Positions 24,237 through 34,945 of a DNA stretch of 64,000 nucleotides are shown here, piece after piece. Position 1 is the stretch's first letter, and the number at the start of each line of letters is the position of its first letter. Source of the DNA: a virus (taxonomy: Duplodnaviria; Caudoviricetes). Below the pieces are notes generated by a model. It worked only from the letters and a program-made list of their open reading frames with translations. It was not told the DNA's origin and made no database searches. The stretch is from IMG/VR virus record IMGVR_UViG_3300025000_000057; one strand, given 5' to 3'. The position numbers and the translations under genes are program-made.

Positions 24237-24929
24237 TTACATAATCCTTATGATAGAAAATGTGGATAATTTCCGTAGATTGTTGTGCATGACAAATTCC
24301 GTAGTACGTAACGTATCCCATAAATAATCAATAAGTTTATCACCAAACTGTATCCATTCATTAATGAGTTCGTTTCTTTTGTCAGAGTTTGTTTTAACAT
24401 TAGCTATGTGCTCTGATACTTCAGCATAATCAAAGGCTAATTCTGACAATGTTGAAAGCGTCTTTTCCATATCGATAGTACTGTTAGGATTTATTTTTTT
24501 ACAAATCATGATTACTTCTGCGATAGCCTCTTGTAATTCGGCTAAATGATGATTCATAATATCGGTTCTTTCCGTACCACCCATATATCCATAACTCTGT
24601 GCTGCTCTTAAGAAAGATGTAAGACTTAACTTTATTTCATTATTAGTACGAGTTCTAGTAATGCGTTTAATAAGTTCCTGGCGTAATATGTTACCTACAC
24701 CGAGTCCACACCACATTACTATCCATCCGATTCCTAGAGCGATAAGTGTCGATATCGATACGGCATCTGATTTACCGGCAATTATAGTTGATAGATTAAT
24801 TAAGATAAAAACAAGAGTAGATACCCAGAATTCATTGGTAATCGTATTATCATTATCGTCCATAAATAGACCAATTAAAAGCCCCATTACAAACTGCACC
24901 GGTACTACCATTAGAATTGGTGTAAACAT
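24237..24929 (-). CDS. Membrane protein with N-terminal TM helices (230 aa)
   Basis: Three hydrophobic segments then a helical soluble domain. Confidence 0.8.
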   Translation of the reverse strand: MFTPILMVVPVQFVMGLLIGLFMDDNDNTITNEFWVSTLVFILINLSTIIAGKSDAVSISTLIALGIGWIVMWCGLGVGNILRQELIKRITRTRTNNEIKLSLTSFLRAAQSYGYMGGTERTDIMNHHLAELQEAIAEVIMICKKINPNSTIDMEKTLSTLSELAFDYAEVSEHIANVKTNSDKRNELINEWIQFGDKLIDYLWDTLRTTEFVMHNNLRKLSTFSIIRIM

Positions 24930-24940
24930 CGTAACGCCTC

Positions 24941-25501
24941 CTAAATTGTTGGTTCGTTAGAACCGTATTGCGTATCGCCAGAAGGTGAATTGTAATTACG
25001 ATCTTGTACAATAGGGCCACCAAGATCATTCAGCTCCCTTTCCAACCGTCTAAGTTCTTTGATTTTATCCATATTGTTTTTTAGATTTTGTATACGTTGA
25101 TCTAATACCACAGGATCTATATAGTCAGGAGATTGTTCAACTTCTCCTGATTCAATCTTGGAAAGTCTATTATCCAAGATTCCTGGTATAGCTATGCCCC
25201 ATTTTGTACTTATTCTCTTAAGAAGATCGATAGCCTCTCTTGCTGCCAAACCTATTACTACAAGATATTGTGTACTTTTCCACCCCATAGCTGCGGTAAT
25301 ACCTGCAGCATCCATACGATTTGCTATCATAATAAAAACTAGGTAAGCAAATGCAGCTTTGAGTGATTCTTCTAATATAGGTTTTACAGTTTTCGTATCG
25401 ATAATTTTAGATATTGTGTTAATAATTATTATACCGGCAAAAGACAACATAGTAACATCGATAGGGCCAATACAAAAATTAACGATTGTGCCTGGGTTCA
25501 T
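24941..25501 (-). CDS. Putative holin (Phage_holin_4_1-like)
   Basis: Three TM segments and EAIDLLKRI..WGIAIPGILDNRL resembling the E..S.LEN...G.P.P motif; charged tail. Confidence 0.6.
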   Translation of the reverse strand: MNPGTIVNFCIGPIDVTMLSFAGIIIINTISKIIDTKTVKPILEESLKAAFAYLVFIMIANRMDAAGITAAMGWKSTQYLVVIGLAAREAIDLLKRISTKWGIAIPGILDNRLSKIESGEVEQSPDYIDPVVLDQRIQNLKNNMDKIKELRRLERELNDLGGPIVQDRNYNSPSGDTQYGSNEPTI

Positions 25502-25521
25502 TAAAAACCCTCCCTAACGTC

Positions 25522-26721
25522 TTAAGGCACTCCAGTAATACTATAGTCAAGCTCCACCGCTTCTAATGCAGGGATTGCTTTATTATTCGGATCTGCATTA
25601 AGACTAGCCTTAATGATTATATTGTTACTATTAACGTAGATAGGTAGTGTATTACGTGTAAAGATCAGATTACCCTGATCATCAACCTCGTATATAGCAT
25701 AATTAAATACACTACGTTTCTCAGTCGTAGTATCTGTTAAGGCTCCGGCGTTGGCAAATAGCGGTGTGATGGTATTAATCGCCCTACGGCCACTTCCTTT
25801 AAGCTCTATGGGGATTAAAAGATCACCATTTTCAGTTTTGTAATTCGCGCTATATACTCCAATACGCTTGGCGCCTAAGTAAAACTGTTTGTTCTCACCT
25901 TCGATAATGAAGTTACGCTGCTTGAAAGTAATACGAAGTTGTTTGATAGCTATCGATGCAAAGTATAAAACCATATCCTTAGCATTACTCATAGGCACAA
26001 ATCCGGGTATAACATTCCAGCTGCCATCAACGTTATATTCTATGTTTGCGATATCTACCATGCCGCATGGGTACGGAGCTATATTTATCATATTAACATT
26101 CCTATTTGTAATTATCTCTTCAGGTAAATCTATAATAACCTGAGCAGATACGGAAGGAATATATTCACTAGCTCTTTTAGTAACCTTGCGTCTCCAAAAT
26201 GCGAAACCACCTTTTATAGAATCGAATATATTTGTGTCTTTGATTATCGCATTGTCTGCCGGTGGATCTACTACAGCATTTAAAACATTTGGTAGTATAA
26301 TCTCTCCGGTAAAAGTATCGGTTAGGTATAATTTAGATACGGGTGATCCGGTTGAAGAGATTGTCACCAAGTTGTGATGTCTATCTGTCGAAGCTGGTGT
26401 TTTAGAAGTTTCGTCCGGTAACATATCCTTTGCCATGACGAACTGTTTTATAGCATTATTAAGACTCGCTTTCTCTATCTCCATTTCCCTAATTAGACGG
26501 TCTTGTTCAGCCAGTTTCATCTGAATAAACACGTCAGTAACTCTGTTTGTTTCAATAGCAAAGTTAAGATCTTCTTCTAACTTATTTGCTATATTATACA
26601 AGTTTGAAATATCAAAGAAAGTACGTCTTGTGAATTTGTTATAATCCTCGCTTTTAGCCTCGCCTCTAAAAGGCTTCTCTTCTCTTGGTGTAGCGGGTAC
26701 TCCAGAATTCATATCATTCAC
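25522..26721 (-). CDS. Putative virion structural protein (399 aa), paralog family
   Basis: Long ORF in late region; shared N-terminal motif. Confidence 0.75.
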   Translation of the reverse strand: MNDMNSGVPATPREEKPFRGEAKSEDYNKFTRRTFFDISNLYNIANKLEEDLNFAIETNRVTDVFIQMKLAEQDRLIREMEIEKASLNNAIKQFVMAKDMLPDETSKTPASTDRHHNLVTISSTGSPVSKLYLTDTFTGEIILPNVLNAVVDPPADNAIIKDTNIFDSIKGGFAFWRRKVTKRASEYIPSVSAQVIIDLPEEIITNRNVNMINIAPYPCGMVDIANIEYNVDGSWNVIPGFVPMSNAKDMVLYFASIAIKQLRITFKQRNFIIEGENKQFYLGAKRIGVYSANYKTENGDLLIPIELKGSGRRAINTITPLFANAGALTDTTTEKRSVFNYAIYEVDDQGNLIFTRNTLPIYVNSNNIIIKASLNADPNNKAIPALEAVELDYSITGVP

Positions 26722-26936
26722 CTCAGTATATTACATCTTTTAGAATCTTCATCAATTTCATTCATAACTTCCTGCACCGGTAATAAGAGTTTCTTTATCT
26801 CATCACTAAAAGAGTCAAACCTCTTTTTCAATAAGTCGATACTAATAGCGACACTTGTAATATCGCTATTAAACTTCTTACTTTCTATTGGCCCGGCCTT
26901 ACGCATACTGGTTCGTACCATACTTGGATAGTTCAT
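26718..26936 (-). CDS. Small protein (72 aa), related N-terminal motif
   Basis: Coupled ORF; PIESKKFN..I..V...I..L. Confidence 0.7.
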   Translation of the reverse strand: MNYPSMVRTSMRKAGPIESKKFNSDITSVAISIDLLKKRFDSFSDEIKKLLLPVQEVMNEIDEDSKRCNILR

Positions 26937-26944
26937 TTCTTCAC

Positions 26945-28888
26945 CTACTTCGTTAAGAGCTTATACCCTAACAGATGACACGTTACCTCTTCGGCTAAAT
27001 GGGTACGTTCCAGTATCGACATCATTCTAAACCCAAGTAGTTCATCATCTGTATCCAGGTACTTATAACTGTAGGAGAATCTACACCCCTGCTTATATAA
27101 GTCCCTATCTATTGGGTTAAAGTTAACCAAGACGAAGTATTTATCATCCTTTTTTAGAAGGGCGAACTTATTATTATCGTCAAGGTTTGTATTACAGGTT
27201 AAATCGTGAACGGATATCATCTGCATGGGCCAATAGTTAGCAAAGATAGTATCGGAAAGAACTTCAAGACCTAGTTTATGTCTGAATTCATTTCCTGTCT
27301 CATAAGCGGTTATAAAGAATTCTATTTTATTCCATTCTTTGTTGAACTTTAACGGATATTTTCCGGATACAGGTTGAATTCTGGTAGAGTTAACATATAG
27401 TGAGAATTTACCACCGGTCATATTAGGCATTACACTAGTTGGTGTCAAGTCAGAGGTACAGTAGATATAGGTAGTTAAACGATATAGATTGCCTGCGGAT
27501 AATGCAAGAGCAACTCTGTCGGTATCTATTACACGTTTATCTACCTTGATAGCGTATTTCCAATCCGCAACAGTTGGAATATAATCTGCGTTTATATTAT
27601 TAGGTAATGGTATACTTTCCACCGACCACATACGTTCTCCAGCTCGCACATCTATAATATTTGCAAATGGTATATGGTTGATAATACCAATGGTATAATA
27701 TTTAATACCAAAGTTCTCTAAGATGCTTATGCCGTAATAATCATCTCCGGGGGCAAACAGGCCAAAATCTTCATCTACGTTATCAAATACGTAAGAGGTA
27801 TCTTTCTTTATTTCAAACCAGTCAAACGGAGCGTTTTTATACTCTAATGATAAATAATACCGGATATTGGTTTGAGGTGGTACAATTTCATCAACTTTAA
27901 GTAGAATTTCATTTATTCTATCAAGTGGAAATTTCTTGGTTACCATATAAGCCTTGTCCTGAAATTGTACAGCCTTGATACATAAATGTTTGATAGCAAA
28001 AGTGTATCCCTTTTCTATATCGGGCGTATCTTTAGTTAGGATAATCGTTAGTTTGTCTATACTTTTGGAGTTCATTTCCCAAGCTAGAAAATCACCGAAG
28101 GAGATTGTATTTGTACTCTGATCTACAGTATTAATTTCCACCTTAACGTTGCCAATATTCTCGTATTCTAGTTCTATACAATTAGTCATGACCGGCTCTT
28201 TAAGTTCTACATTAATGGTAAGTACGGCATTTTCCTCACCATCTATATTTAAAACACACTGCCATGTATCGTTAATACTATCGGAAAGAATGTTCTTTAT
28301 GTCTCCGTATTGTTCAAGCACTCCATTCCCACTTACTCTGATATAAGCATCTATCATATCGAACTTAGCAGGCAATCCTGCTAATCGCGGTAAACGAATG
28401 CTACTACGTTTTAAATCGACCATGGCATTAGTCGAAGGTAATCCTTGAGCATCATTACCAATGGTTTCAACATTGTCAAAGCTTATGAAGCTATCTGTAA
28501 ACCCTCTGATATTTGGATTGTCTAATTGCTCTTCTAATATAGCGCACTTAAGATTTAGCTCTTTAATCAATTGATTAAGTCTGTCTCTTTCATGGCTATA
28601 ATATATTGAAAGGGCCATTAACTGTTGGCCCTGAGCTTTTGTTTCATTAAAAAGAGTTGATAAATCCCATAGAATTTCCCGAAGTTGTTTATTCCACTGT
28701 GTGGCGTCAGATACTTCATCCGGAATTAACTTAATAGGATCGAAGAATGGTAGACCTAATACTTTCTTTCCTTTAATCCTAGTAGCCAGAGTTTGAACTC
28801 TGGTTGTAAGAGGCTGAATACCATTCTTTAAAATGGTCATGTAAGCTTCCTTAGTGATCATTTGCTGTTGCTGATTATACACGCTCAT
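26945..28888 (-). CDS. Putative virion structural protein (647 aa), paralog family
   Basis: Long ORF; helical N-terminus, beta-rich remainder. Confidence 0.75.
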   Translation of the reverse strand: MSVYNQQQQMITKEAYMTILKNGIQPLTTRVQTLATRIKGKKVLGLPFFDPIKLIPDEVSDATQWNKQLREILWDLSTLFNETKAQGQQLMALSIYYSHERDRLNQLIKELNLKCAILEEQLDNPNIRGFTDSFISFDNVETIGNDAQGLPSTNAMVDLKRSSIRLPRLAGLPAKFDMIDAYIRVSGNGVLEQYGDIKNILSDSINDTWQCVLNIDGEENAVLTINVELKEPVMTNCIELEYENIGNVKVEINTVDQSTNTISFGDFLAWEMNSKSIDKLTIILTKDTPDIEKGYTFAIKHLCIKAVQFQDKAYMVTKKFPLDRINEILLKVDEIVPPQTNIRYYLSLEYKNAPFDWFEIKKDTSYVFDNVDEDFGLFAPGDDYYGISILENFGIKYYTIGIINHIPFANIIDVRAGERMWSVESIPLPNNINADYIPTVADWKYAIKVDKRVIDTDRVALALSAGNLYRLTTYIYCTSDLTPTSVMPNMTGGKFSLYVNSTRIQPVSGKYPLKFNKEWNKIEFFITAYETGNEFRHKLGLEVLSDTIFANYWPMQMISVHDLTCNTNLDDNNKFALLKKDDKYFVLVNFNPIDRDLYKQGCRFSYSYKYLDTDDELLGFRMMSILERTHLAEEVTCHLLGYKLLTK

Positions 28889-28890
28889 GG

Positions 28891-30630
28891 TTATACGCTC
28901 CTTGAGGTAACTTTTAAGTTATACTCAGTTACTAGTGGTGTATAGAAGTCTGCATCATCTAGTTCTGCAACTTCTGGTCTTTGTAGTTCTACCTTTACCC
29001 TTACTTTATAGATAGGTTCGGAACTATCTATATAACCTACGTTATCAAGTCTTGCTTCAAGTGGGGTATTTGTGTTGATTAAGTAGAGTTTTTTTAAGTT
29101 CGTACCAATAGTACTAGTAGGATATATTCGGTGCCAATTAGCAGCATCGTCAATAGAGATATAAAACCTAACCCAGTCACTGGTACCAAACTGTGGTGGT
29201 ATTTGTATATTAGCCTCGATAGCTATTTCATTAATAGGATTCTTAGCTGGCCATATATCGCTAATAAATGTTGAAGTAGACTTGAACCTATAGTTAGCTA
29301 GGAGTATTTCCCTTAAACCTAATTGATACCTGGTAGCTTTAATAGCTTCGAGGTATATCTCAAGACCGTCCGACGATACACTAAATAGATTGTTCTTAAT
29401 CTCTTGTTCTTCGAAGATGGTCTCCTTTGTATATACGAGCCAGTCAACACCCCTAGTTCGCGGATTATATTTAACACCAAGATTTCCTACACTAGGCATT
29501 GGCCCTAGAACCCTTAATCTCGATTCTTCTACACTACCGAATTGATTACCCTTTCTTTCACCTGGCTCTATAAAAGCCCAATGACCGGCCAATATAGAAT
29601 ATCCATGAGATTGTCTTAATCTTAAGAGTACTCTTTTAACCTTTTGCCGAGGTATTAGAAAAACTGTATCGTTATTTAGCATCTCATCTTTGGTAATTAC
29701 AGACTTAAGCCCCTTACCATCGTCTAGTATTAAGTACTCTACAACAGGAGCTATAGCTCCCTTATCTGCCGGAATAAACGGTACGATACTTACCCAGTTA
29801 ACTAGTTGTGCTATGCGAGGCTCTAATATTATTTCTATAATTAGATCTCCGCTATCGACCCATGATATTCCTTCTATATAATCAAGCCCAAGACCAAGTA
29901 TATCTTGGCGTACACTATCACTGATATTAAACTTTTCAATCTCAAACCATGTATCCGTGTTACCATCCATTGCATCAGCTAAATTAATATGAAGACCGTC
30001 TTCACCATAGAACTTGTACTTATTATCAATGGCTCGTACTTGATGTGTATTACCAGGCAAACCATTACAATCCACGACACTAATATCGAGATCCTCTAAT
30101 ATAGAACTGTCTTCGGTAGCTAATGTTAAAACGCCAGCCCGTATATTAATTTCTGCCGGCGTATCTTTAACTATTGAGATATCGTAGTTATCAGTACTAG
30201 CAAACGTTTCTTTGAATATTTCGACCATGTTGGAATACTCTTTAGCCCTTGTGGATAGGGTAGCTACCCTATTATTGAGAGTCTTAATCTTTCCTTGGAT
30301 ATTACTCCGTTGTATCTCTATATTCTTGAACTCTACAATGATAGCTTTTGCAAGATTACCTAACTCGCTATACAGTGAACTAAGGTCTTCAATTGCCTCT
30401 TCTATCATCATATTGTAATCGGAAGAGATAGGAGCGCCCTTAGCTTCTCTTATTGTAAAAGAGGGTTTATCCATAGTTAGATAGATATTCTGCAACGCTT
30501 CGTGTAACTTGTAATATAATTCTATAGGACTTTGAATACTTCCATTACGAACCTCTTGCTGGAGAGGTATTAGGTGAAGTTTCATGCGTTCTTCTAGTAT
30601 CTTAGTCTTAGTAGACAATAGTATAGACAT
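28891..30630 (-). CDS. Putative virion structural protein (579 aa), paralog family
   Basis: Long ORF; SSDYN..I....DL..LY motif. Confidence 0.75.
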   Translation of the reverse strand: MSILLSTKTKILEERMKLHLIPLQQEVRNGSIQSPIELYYKLHEALQNIYLTMDKPSFTIREAKGAPISSDYNMMIEEAIEDLSSLYSELGNLAKAIIVEFKNIEIQRSNIQGKIKTLNNRVATLSTRAKEYSNMVEIFKETFASTDNYDISIVKDTPAEINIRAGVLTLATEDSSILEDLDISVVDCNGLPGNTHQVRAIDNKYKFYGEDGLHINLADAMDGNTDTWFEIEKFNISDSVRQDILGLGLDYIEGISWVDSGDLIIEIILEPRIAQLVNWVSIVPFIPADKGAIAPVVEYLILDDGKGLKSVITKDEMLNNDTVFLIPRQKVKRVLLRLRQSHGYSILAGHWAFIEPGERKGNQFGSVEESRLRVLGPMPSVGNLGVKYNPRTRGVDWLVYTKETIFEEQEIKNNLFSVSSDGLEIYLEAIKATRYQLGLREILLANYRFKSTSTFISDIWPAKNPINEIAIEANIQIPPQFGTSDWVRFYISIDDAANWHRIYPTSTIGTNLKKLYLINTNTPLEARLDNVGYIDSSEPIYKVRVKVELQRPEVAELDDADFYTPLVTEYNLKVTSRSV

Positions 30631-30641
30631 TAAAACTCCTC

Positions 30642-32843
30642 CTATTTTATAATCTTGGTAAGTAACATGTAATCTTGCATAATAGGTGTAACACCAAACT
30701 GATCAGGCACAATCCGTCTTAGTATAGCCTTAACTCGCAGTGTATCTATCAGATATGAATAGTTGACCGTAACGGTAATGTCCTTAGCTAATACGGTATT
30801 AAATTGCATTTCGTTACCATAGATACAGTACTGATAATTCTGCCCCGCGAATTGCTCAAGTTCTATATTGCCTGTGAAATAATCTGTCTTATTTTCTAAC
30901 CGCACGGCGGTTTCGCTATTAAGAGGTTGTGTAATCGTCTCGCCCGTTGCTAATTTAATAGTAACTACAACCGGTATTAGTTCGCCGGATAGAATGCTAG
31001 GATTCCAATCCTCTGGCAATTTATATAGGATCTCTTTATCGATAAAATGATACTTTGATAAATGAATCTTACCTGCATTATCGGTACCGTTAAACACCTG
31101 GGTAATGGTTTCATTATTTAAATCAAACTTAACTATCTTCGCCTCTTCGGTAGGAACATAATCCACTGTGTAAATAGTTCCAAATTTCCAATCATTGATG
31201 ATGATAATATCATTGTTAATCATATACTCATTCTGTCCAAGAGGTAGACCATTACCCTTAACGGTAATAATACGGTCGTACTTTGCTACTGTCTTAGCTC
31301 CAAACACTTGCTGTCCTCTTATTAAATAAGTCTTCATGATAAGGAGTTCGTTGTAAATGGTATCAATATTGAGTGGCACAATAGGGTAGAACTCATTATC
31401 CGGGTCTCCAATGTAATACTCTATATTAGCAAGTTTAAATCTTTTAAGTTGATCGTTTAGATAAATAGGTATTTTCTCACTTACAGCGATACTTACTTCC
31501 CTTATTACCCCACCCAGGGATATGGGACTTGATACATATACAGCACTCATTGCAAACTGATTGTACTTTACGCCGATATCAAACATACCGAATTCGTACT
31601 GATATTTAACTACAGGAACTCTGGTATCTTCTGTATCGGCTTTAAGAATCTTATCTATATCATTTTGTATCTCACTTGTAGCTTTTAAGAATGCCATTAT
31701 ACCCGGCATCTCTTCACAGATAGTTTCATAATTTGCAAAGTTTAACGTAGCGGGACTAGGTATGATGCTAACAGGAGTTAATAAGTTTCTTTCCTTAATC
31801 TTATCCCTGCTCGATAATATAATGTCTCGTTCTATATAGTGTCTTTGATTTAATATAATCCAGAATTTCTTAACAACGATATCCGGGAATGTATATACAT
31901 GTAAATCCTTGGTAGATACATTACGCAGATCTTCAATAGCCTGAAATGGCGAAACAAGACTAATCGGTTGCTCGTTAGGATTATCAGAACTAAACGCCAT
32001 GACACTAATTATATCAATTGGAAATCTTGTAAATGGTTTAAAACTCAACTGGTTGACGCTTTGAGCCGCATTTAATGTAATGTCTAGGATAAACGGTACG
32101 CCTTCTTTTATACCGTAAGCCTCTGGCCCAAAATTTACCTTAACAGGTTCGTCGGTTAAAATACTACAGTACCAATAAGTATCAGGACTTGTATCAATAG
32201 CCTTATCGAGAGAAGATTTAGGGTTTTCTATTTCCCTAAACGAGGCAGCTACCTGACGTATCACGTTAATAGAAGCGATCGATTGTCCCAGTACATTTAC
32301 CAGACAATTAACCTCATTTATAAGAGGCAACTTAACGCATTCATGCTCCATGTCCATGTACGCAAATGGCAATAATGAGCCATCTCTATCTAATCTTAAT
32401 GCCGGATCGAGATCTACATTAAAACCGTCTATGAAAGATTCCTTATAGAAAGTCTGTCCACTATTATTAATTAAATTAGCAGAGTTATCGAGTTCTTCAT
32501 CTAGGATTTTCAGTTCGATAATAGAGTTTTCTACAGACGATTGATTAAGTCTTTGTTGTCTATTAATAGATTGGTCTAATAAATCGACCTGTTTGAATAG
32601 TACATTTAGATCTATATTTAACTCTTGGAACGACTGGTTAATATTCTCAGCATCCGTTAAATCAATTTGCTTTCTTAATATCATGGAGGGTGTATCAAGA
32701 GATATAGATTCAATATTCTTTACAAGATAAGAGTACTCTGTTTCAGACTTTATAACACCGGTTTTGTATAGGTTATCTAATCGCTCCAAGAGGTATTGTT
32801 TCTTGATATTCTTTAAATCAATATCTGTAAGCTGTAAGTTCAT
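30642..32843 (-). CDS. Putative virion structural protein (733 aa), paralog family
   Basis: Long ORF; GGAGGTGA SD. Confidence 0.75.
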   Translation of the reverse strand: MNLQLTDIDLKNIKKQYLLERLDNLYKTGVIKSETEYSYLVKNIESISLDTPSMILRKQIDLTDAENINQSFQELNIDLNVLFKQVDLLDQSINRQQRLNQSSVENSIIELKILDEELDNSANLINNSGQTFYKESFIDGFNVDLDPALRLDRDGSLLPFAYMDMEHECVKLPLINEVNCLVNVLGQSIASINVIRQVAASFREIENPKSSLDKAIDTSPDTYWYCSILTDEPVKVNFGPEAYGIKEGVPFILDITLNAAQSVNQLSFKPFTRFPIDIISVMAFSSDNPNEQPISLVSPFQAIEDLRNVSTKDLHVYTFPDIVVKKFWIILNQRHYIERDIILSSRDKIKERNLLTPVSIIPSPATLNFANYETICEEMPGIMAFLKATSEIQNDIDKILKADTEDTRVPVVKYQYEFGMFDIGVKYNQFAMSAVYVSSPISLGGVIREVSIAVSEKIPIYLNDQLKRFKLANIEYYIGDPDNEFYPIVPLNIDTIYNELLIMKTYLIRGQQVFGAKTVAKYDRIITVKGNGLPLGQNEYMINNDIIIINDWKFGTIYTVDYVPTEEAKIVKFDLNNETITQVFNGTDNAGKIHLSKYHFIDKEILYKLPEDWNPSILSGELIPVVVTIKLATGETITQPLNSETAVRLENKTDYFTGNIELEQFAGQNYQYCIYGNEMQFNTVLAKDITVTVNYSYLIDTLRVKAILRRIVPDQFGVTPIMQDYMLLTKIIK

Positions 32844-32909
32844 TATCTCACCTCCTATAGCAAATTATCTATTCACAATATAGAATAAGCCATATATTTA
32901 TTAGTTCCT

Positions 32910-34109
32910 CTATATTAATTTATTATATATAATAACGACATCCATTAAGGGGCTCAGGATGGTAACACCTGTCCATATAACATCTCCATCTTCATTTACA
33001 GAAGCGTTTTTAGAACCCCAGTAGGTGGTATCACCTACTGATACTCCTAATAGTTTAATTAAACCAAGAGGAGAACCGAGATTTGTCTGACCGTTTGTAG
33101 ATATGGTAACTTCCATTATATCTGTAATTCCGATTAAACCTGATTGTGTTTGTATAGACTTTACTATCAATGGGGAGTCTAACTCGAACCCATCTTCTGT
33201 CTTCATCATGATGCCATTACCGATCTTGATAGAACCTGTTGATTCGTTACCTACTATCAAGTTTTCAGTTACCGTCAATTGCCGCACCTTATAATTCCCA
33301 GACTGATTTAAATGTCCAGGTTGAATAACACCAGGCCCGATCATATCTTCTGAGATAATACCGCTTTTACGAACAAGACAATCTAATTCCTTAGATTTGG
33401 CTACCAGATCGTGTTCAACAGAAAGGCCGGCTATACCTATTTTATGAGCTATTAATATCTGAATGATATTCCAGCCTTCTCTTAAATCATAAGACCTTTC
33501 TATAGTAACATCATAAGAACTTTCACCGATTTCATCCATGTCTCCATTGATGCTTGTACTAAGATTTCCATCGTATTTAAACTTTAATTTAACGATATCG
33601 GCCTGTTCCATTAGGACGAGTATTGTATAACGCCTAACCACATTGTCTTTAAATTCGATACCCCTGTCGACATGAATTTCTGCATTCTCTCCAAAGTAAT
33701 ACCCTTCTCTGATAGCAAAACTATCCGCTTTATCAAACAGTTCGTCAGAAGGAGTTGTGTATGGAAAATCTATCTCTTCCACTTTCCATGGAGAAAGAAG
33801 TAATCGTATATCTTCTTTATTATATATACTCGTACCGTCAACACCACTTAGGCTACTAATTAAATCATGGAGAGTTTGGTCGGCAACTTGTCTTGCATCC
33901 GTCTCTCCAGTTAACCCTGTCTCTAAACTATTTACCTTACTTACAAGTCCCGTGTGAGCATTTCCGAGTACACCGAGTTGTTCAGTCAACTCTAGATCTG
34001 CATTAATACGATCGGTACCCTCCTTAGATACTTTATTATATAAGTCAGCCTCTACGGGCGTCATTATCTTAATAAAGGTACCATCTGGACGTTGTTCAAT
34101 TCTAGGCAT
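32910..34109 (-). CDS. Putative tail/fibre-associated protein (399 aa)
   Basis: Coiled-coil N-terminus (ETDARQVADQTL), beta-sandwich middle (LREGWNIIQIL). Confidence 0.7.
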   Translation of the reverse strand: MPRIEQRPDGTFIKIMTPVEADLYNKVSKEGTDRINADLELTEQLGVLGNAHTGLVSKVNSLETGLTGETDARQVADQTLHDLISSLSGVDGTSIYNKEDIRLLLSPWKVEEIDFPYTTPSDELFDKADSFAIREGYYFGENAEIHVDRGIEFKDNVVRRYTILVLMEQADIVKLKFKYDGNLSTSINGDMDEIGESSYDVTIERSYDLREGWNIIQILIAHKIGIAGLSVEHDLVAKSKELDCLVRKSGIISEDMIGPGVIQPGHLNQSGNYKVRQLTVTENLIVGNESTGSIKIGNGIMMKTEDGFELDSPLIVKSIQTQSGLIGITDIMEVTISTNGQTNLGSPLGLIKLLGVSVGDTTYWGSKNASVNEDGDVIWTGVTILSPLMDVVIIYNKLI

Positions 34110-34944
34110 CTATTACACCTCCAAATCTAGCTTTAACCTCATCTAATACAGTATCGGTATTGGCTAGAATTTCCTCGTGGACGCCTAAGAATTCAGTCTT
34201 AGTGTCCACATTCTTATAATTAATTCCAGTAACCTTGGCCTTATCTCCATCTATCATTACCACAGCTTTTACCCTTCCGGTTAAATCCTCTACAGCGCCG
34301 GGTGGACTTGACTCGAAATAAATCAAATGAACTGTTCCTCCTGGAGAATCGTATCTAACAACTTTCTCATTCTCTTTAACAATGTATGAATCTCCTGTTA
34401 CCCGCCCCGGTCGGCCCCAGCTTTCGCTAACCATCCGGCCCGTATATTGATAGACTTCTATCTTAATAGAGGTACTTTCCGTAACACCGTTTTGACCTGG
34501 GTCGCTTTCAAACATCAAAACTCCGGCTTTATAATCAAATACCCAGGATAGATCTGATAACTCAGGTATTCTTGTTTCATCACCCTTGAATATCTTCGCT
34601 ACATAACCTGGGCCATATTTGGGACTTATAAAGTTACCAGCTATCTCAGTAACATCTCCGGTACCTGAAGACCAGTTAGATTGCCATACCGGTAATGCTA
34701 CCCATGCTTTATTCCCCGAAACTGTTTTATCTCTGGTAAGAGTGAGATTCATCTTCTTAATAATATCCGTATCAGCAATCGGCACGTCTCGGGGGATCGA
34801 TTCAGCATACACTTCGTCAGCATGTAGGTCGAAAGCGGTAGGTATATTCTCTTCAAAGAATTGTTTATCCGGGCTCGTACGAGCCCGGCTGAATATAGCT
34901 TTCCATAGTCTATCTGTTTTAGAACTATCTAACCAATTAGCCAT
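34102..34944 (-). CDS. Putative structural protein (280 aa)
   Basis: Long ORF in late operon. Confidence 0.75.
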   Translation of the reverse strand: MANWLDSSKTDRLWKAIFSRARTSPDKQFFEENIPTAFDLHADEVYAESIPRDVPIADTDIIKKMNLTLTRDKTVSGNKAWVALPVWQSNWSSGTGDVTEIAGNFISPKYGPGYVAKIFKGDETRIPELSDLSWVFDYKAGVLMFESDPGQNGVTESTSIKIEVYQYTGRMVSESWGRPGRVTGDSYIVKENEKVVRYDSPGGTVHLIYFESSPPGAVEDLTGRVKAVVMIDGDKAKVTGINYKNVDTKTEFLGVHEEILANTDTVLDEVKARFGGVIDA

Positions 34945-34945
34945 C

